A program made the translations under genes and the position numbers. From Chloropicon primus (Eukaryota), in assembly GCA_023205875.1 (NCBI GenBank), contig CP060754.1, positions 1,364,001-1,428,000 of the forward strand: a DNA stretch of 64,000 nucleotides, given 5' to 3'. Positions 61,417 to 64,000 of this stretch are shown one piece after another. Each line of letters opens with the position of its first letter. Positions within the stretch are counted from its first letter, which is position 1. Below the pieces are notes generated by a model. That model saw nothing but the letters and a program-made list of their open reading frames with translations. It searched no databases and was not told the DNA's origin.

Positions 61417-63213
61417 ATGAACAGGTACAAGGTATACCGCCAGCTCGGTGACGGGACGTACGGGAGCGTGTGGAAGGCAGTGAACCGGCAGACGAACGAG
61501 GTCGTTGCGATCAAGAAGATGAAAAGAAAGTATTACTCGTGGGAGGAGTGCGTGCAGCACAGGGAGGTGAAGAGCCTGAGAAAGATGAACCACCCGTGCA
61601 TCGTGAAGCTCAAGGAGGTGATACGGGAGAACGACGAGCTTTTCTTTGTGTTCGAGTTCCTCGAGTGCAACATCTACCACCTTATCAAGGACAGGGACAA
61701 GTACCTACCGGAGAGCAGGATAAGGAACTGGGCGTACCAGATCCTCCAGGGCTTGAACTACATCCACAAGAACGGCTTCTTCCATCGGGACATGAAGCCA
61801 GAAAATATTCTGGTCACGGGAGACCGGGTGAAGATAGCTGACTTTGGCCTGGCGAGGGAGATCCGGTCGAGGCCCCCTTACACGGAGTACGTGAGCACCC
61901 GGTGGTACAGGGCCCCGGAGGTGCTGCTGAGGTCGCCCTACTACAGCGCTCCCATCGACATGTTCGCGCTCGGGGCCATTATCGCGGAGCTGTACACCCT
62001 CAGGCCCCTCTTTCCCGGGAGCAGCGAGGCCGACGAGATTGTGAAGATGTGCAGCATCCTGGGAACGCCGACCCAGCAGGCCTGGTCAGAGGGCATTCGC
62101 CTGGCTTCGAACATGTCGTTCAGGCTGCCGCAGTACGCCCCGGTCCCCCTGTCGAAGATCGTCACGGGTGCTGGACAGGAGGGTCTGGACCTCATCCAGT
62201 CCTTGTGCGCGTGGGACCCCAACAAGCGGCCCACGTGCTCGCAAGCTTTGCAGATGCCTTTCTTCCAAGTAGGGCCGCAATCAGGGATAACATCGATCGC
62301 GAACACGGAATCGAGTTACAGATCGCCGCAGAAAGAGGCTAGCAGCCAGCTTAGCAAGGGTCAAGCTAAGAACAATGTACACACTAAACAACAACAACAA
62401 CAACCTCACCGGAGCAGGGCGCAGGTCGGCAACCACCAGGCTGCGGAGAAGAAACCCGTTTTGGACGAGAGGGAGAAGAGGGACAAGCAGGCAAAGCCGA
62501 AGGTTGCTGCGACCCTGCACAAGGGCAGCACGGTTCACAAGGAGAACTCGTATCTGTCAAACCAAAGCAGGAATTACCCCATCAAGCTTCCGTACAACAA
62601 TGGTTATGGCTTCAATCACGACCGGTCCAAGCAGCAACTGAAACCGATGGACGACCACTCCGGAGCTTCGGGAAGATCCAACTACAAGAGGCCAATGAAT
62701 AACCTTGTGAAGCTTGGGCGTCACGAGCATGTCCACAGGCAACCCCGCGCTCACGCGCATGCTTTGAACAGGGCGGATGGAAAGATGCACCTGCGCTCTC
62801 ACACCGAGAACAGCTACGATTCGCCGGGCCTGAAGAAGGCCTTGCCGCAGCCGCTCAGCCACACCTACCACGGGAAGATAGGGTCGGACGAGAAGTCCTA
62901 CCCTGGCCAGCCAGGCAGCCTGCTCAAGAATTCAAGATACTGGCCAAGCAAGGTCCTTGCTGCGCCGAGAAATGCCGCGGGCCACAACCAGGTGAACCTC
63001 AAGCCATCGCAACCAAAGAAGCAGAACAACAACTATGACTTGCCTCCGGTGGCCAGCCACGGCATCTCCCACTGGGGGAAGGATAGGGGCGGCTTAGTTC
63101 CAAAGCAGAACCCGATGTCAAATAATAGGAATATGAACAACCACGGCCAGAGAGCTATCAACTATGGCCGGAGACGACATAATCACCGAGGCAACGTGGA
63201 TGGCTACGGATAA
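61417..63213 (+). CDS. MAK/ICK-family (RCK) Ser/Thr kinase
   Basis: 'LGDGTYGSV', 'VAIKKMKRK', '[10 protein letters not shown]', '[27 protein letters not shown]'. Confidence 0.93.
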   Translation: MNRYKVYRQLGDGTYGSVWKAVNRQTNEVVAIKKMKRKYYSWEECVQHREVKSLRKMNHPCIVKLKEVIRENDELFFVFEFLECNIYHLIKDRDKYLPESRIRNWAYQILQGLNYIHKNGFFHRDMKPENILVTGDRVKIADFGLAREIRSRPPYTEYVSTRWYRAPEVLLRSPYYSAPIDMFALGAIIAELYTLRPLFPGSSEADEIVKMCSILGTPTQQAWSEGIRLASNMSFRLPQYAPVPLSKIVTGAGQEGLDLIQSLCAWDPNKRPTCSQALQMPFFQVGPQSGITSIANTESSYRSPQKEASSQLSKGQAKNNVHTKQQQQQPHRSRAQVGNHQAAEKKPVLDEREKRDKQAKPKVAATLHKGSTVHKENSYLSNQSRNYPIKLPYNNGYGFNHDRSKQQLKPMDDHSGASGRSNYKRPMNNLVKLGRHEHVHRQPRAHAHALNRADGKMHLRSHTENSYDSPGLKKALPQPLSHTYHGKIGSDEKSYPGQPGSLLKNSRYWPSKVLAAPRNAAGHNQVNLKPSQPKKQNNNYDLPPVASHGISHWGKDRGGLVPKQNPMSNNRNMNNHGQRAINYGRRRHNHRGNVDGYG

Positions 63214-63349
63214 ATAAAGGAAGGTTGTGGTAAATATACATGAGTGTTGTTAAAACTTTTCACACACCGAATGTAATCCAGCATATCTAAAGAACCATAT
63301 GGTAAAGTGAGACACGCACGGATGTGATGCATCTCCCTGAACTGCTTGG

Positions 63350-64000
63350 CTAAAACTCGCTGAACCATTCCTCGCCGTGGTACGGCTCTATTGGGAAAGC
63401 GTAAAGGTATGGCTCTGGGATTTCCTTCAAGTTCTGCTTGATCACCTCTGGTGGTGGCAGAGATGCATCGATCAACCTTGTCCATGGGAACTCGGCGAAC
63501 CAAGGGTGCTCCTTGATGCCCCTGAGTCCATCGGCAGTGGAACCGAGTCTTTCGCTTGGATCCTTCGTCAGGAGCTTCTTGACCAGGTCCCGCGCATCCT
63601 CGCTGATGCCCTCAGGGAACGTGAACTCTCCAGCAGTGATCGCCTTGTAAATTTGCAGCTCATCGTTGCCAGAGAATGGCGTCTCTCCTGTCAAAAGGAA
63701 GAAGACCAGGACTCCAAAGGCCCACCAGTCAACAGACTCGGAGTGGCCCACGTTTTCTACAATTTCTGGTGCCAAAAACTCTGGGTCTCCACAGATCGTG
63801 TAAGTGTACTCGCCAGAGTTCTCCGCGGCATAGCGGAAGTCCGTCAGCTGCACGACGCCATCTCTAGTGACAATAATTGTCTCAGGAGACAACCCTCTGT
63901 AGATGACACCTGCCTTGTGCAAGTGGTCGATGGCGAGGGTGATGGATGCACATACAAATTTCGCTGCTTCTTCGTTGAAGGCCCCTGTCTTCTGGAGCAA
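63350..64000 (-). CDS. C-terminal AGC-like kinase domain (partial), probably of the plant PP2C/cyclic-nucleotide-binding/kinase protein family
   Basis: 'YRGLSPE' and 'DFR' in place of HRD and DFG; 'TICGDPEFLAPE', 'VDWWAFG'; runs off the window end. Confidence 0.75.
   Translation of the reverse strand: MLQKTGAFNEEAAKFVCASITLAIDHLHKAGVIYRGLSPETIIVTRDGVVQLTDFRYAAENSGEYTYTICGDPEFLAPEIVENVGHSESVDWWAFGVLVFFLLTGETPFSGNDELQIYKAITAGEFTFPEGISEDARDLVKKLLTKDPSERLGSTADGLRGIKEHPWFAEFPWTRLIDASLPPPEVIKQNLKEIPEPYLYAFPIEPYHGEEWFSEF

Overview
Eukaryotic, gene-dense, GC-rich nuclear DNA with few short GT-AG introns. Plastid-targeted isoamylase and ACCase alpha-CT plus plant-type TOM20 point to a compact green-algal genome (Chloropicon-like; inference). 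It holds about 30 mostly housekeeping genes and three tRNA-Leu genes (UAG with intron, CAG, AAG). Two accessory islands stand out. (1) At ~13.1-15.6 kb, an apparently intact Fanzor2/TnpB-family RNA-guided nuclease gene is followed by a structured ~130-nt candidate omega-RNA. It has no transposase, and its inferred empty site reads as a CAG|GTAAGT splice donor. (2) At 39.1-42.0 kb, a 2.9-kb segment bounded by ~100-bp inverted repeats begins exactly at the 3' end of two different convergent tRNA-Leu genes. It carries an F-box-like/ankyrin tandem-repeat gene and a degenerate Myb-like ORF, suggesting a tRNA-3'-end-targeting mobile cargo system. Other observations: several probable pseudo-enzymes, an Lsm11-like gene, a flagellar DRC2 gene, a possible bicistronic pair and unexplained multi-hairpin intergenic segments. 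All family calls come from motif recognition by eye; no searches were run.
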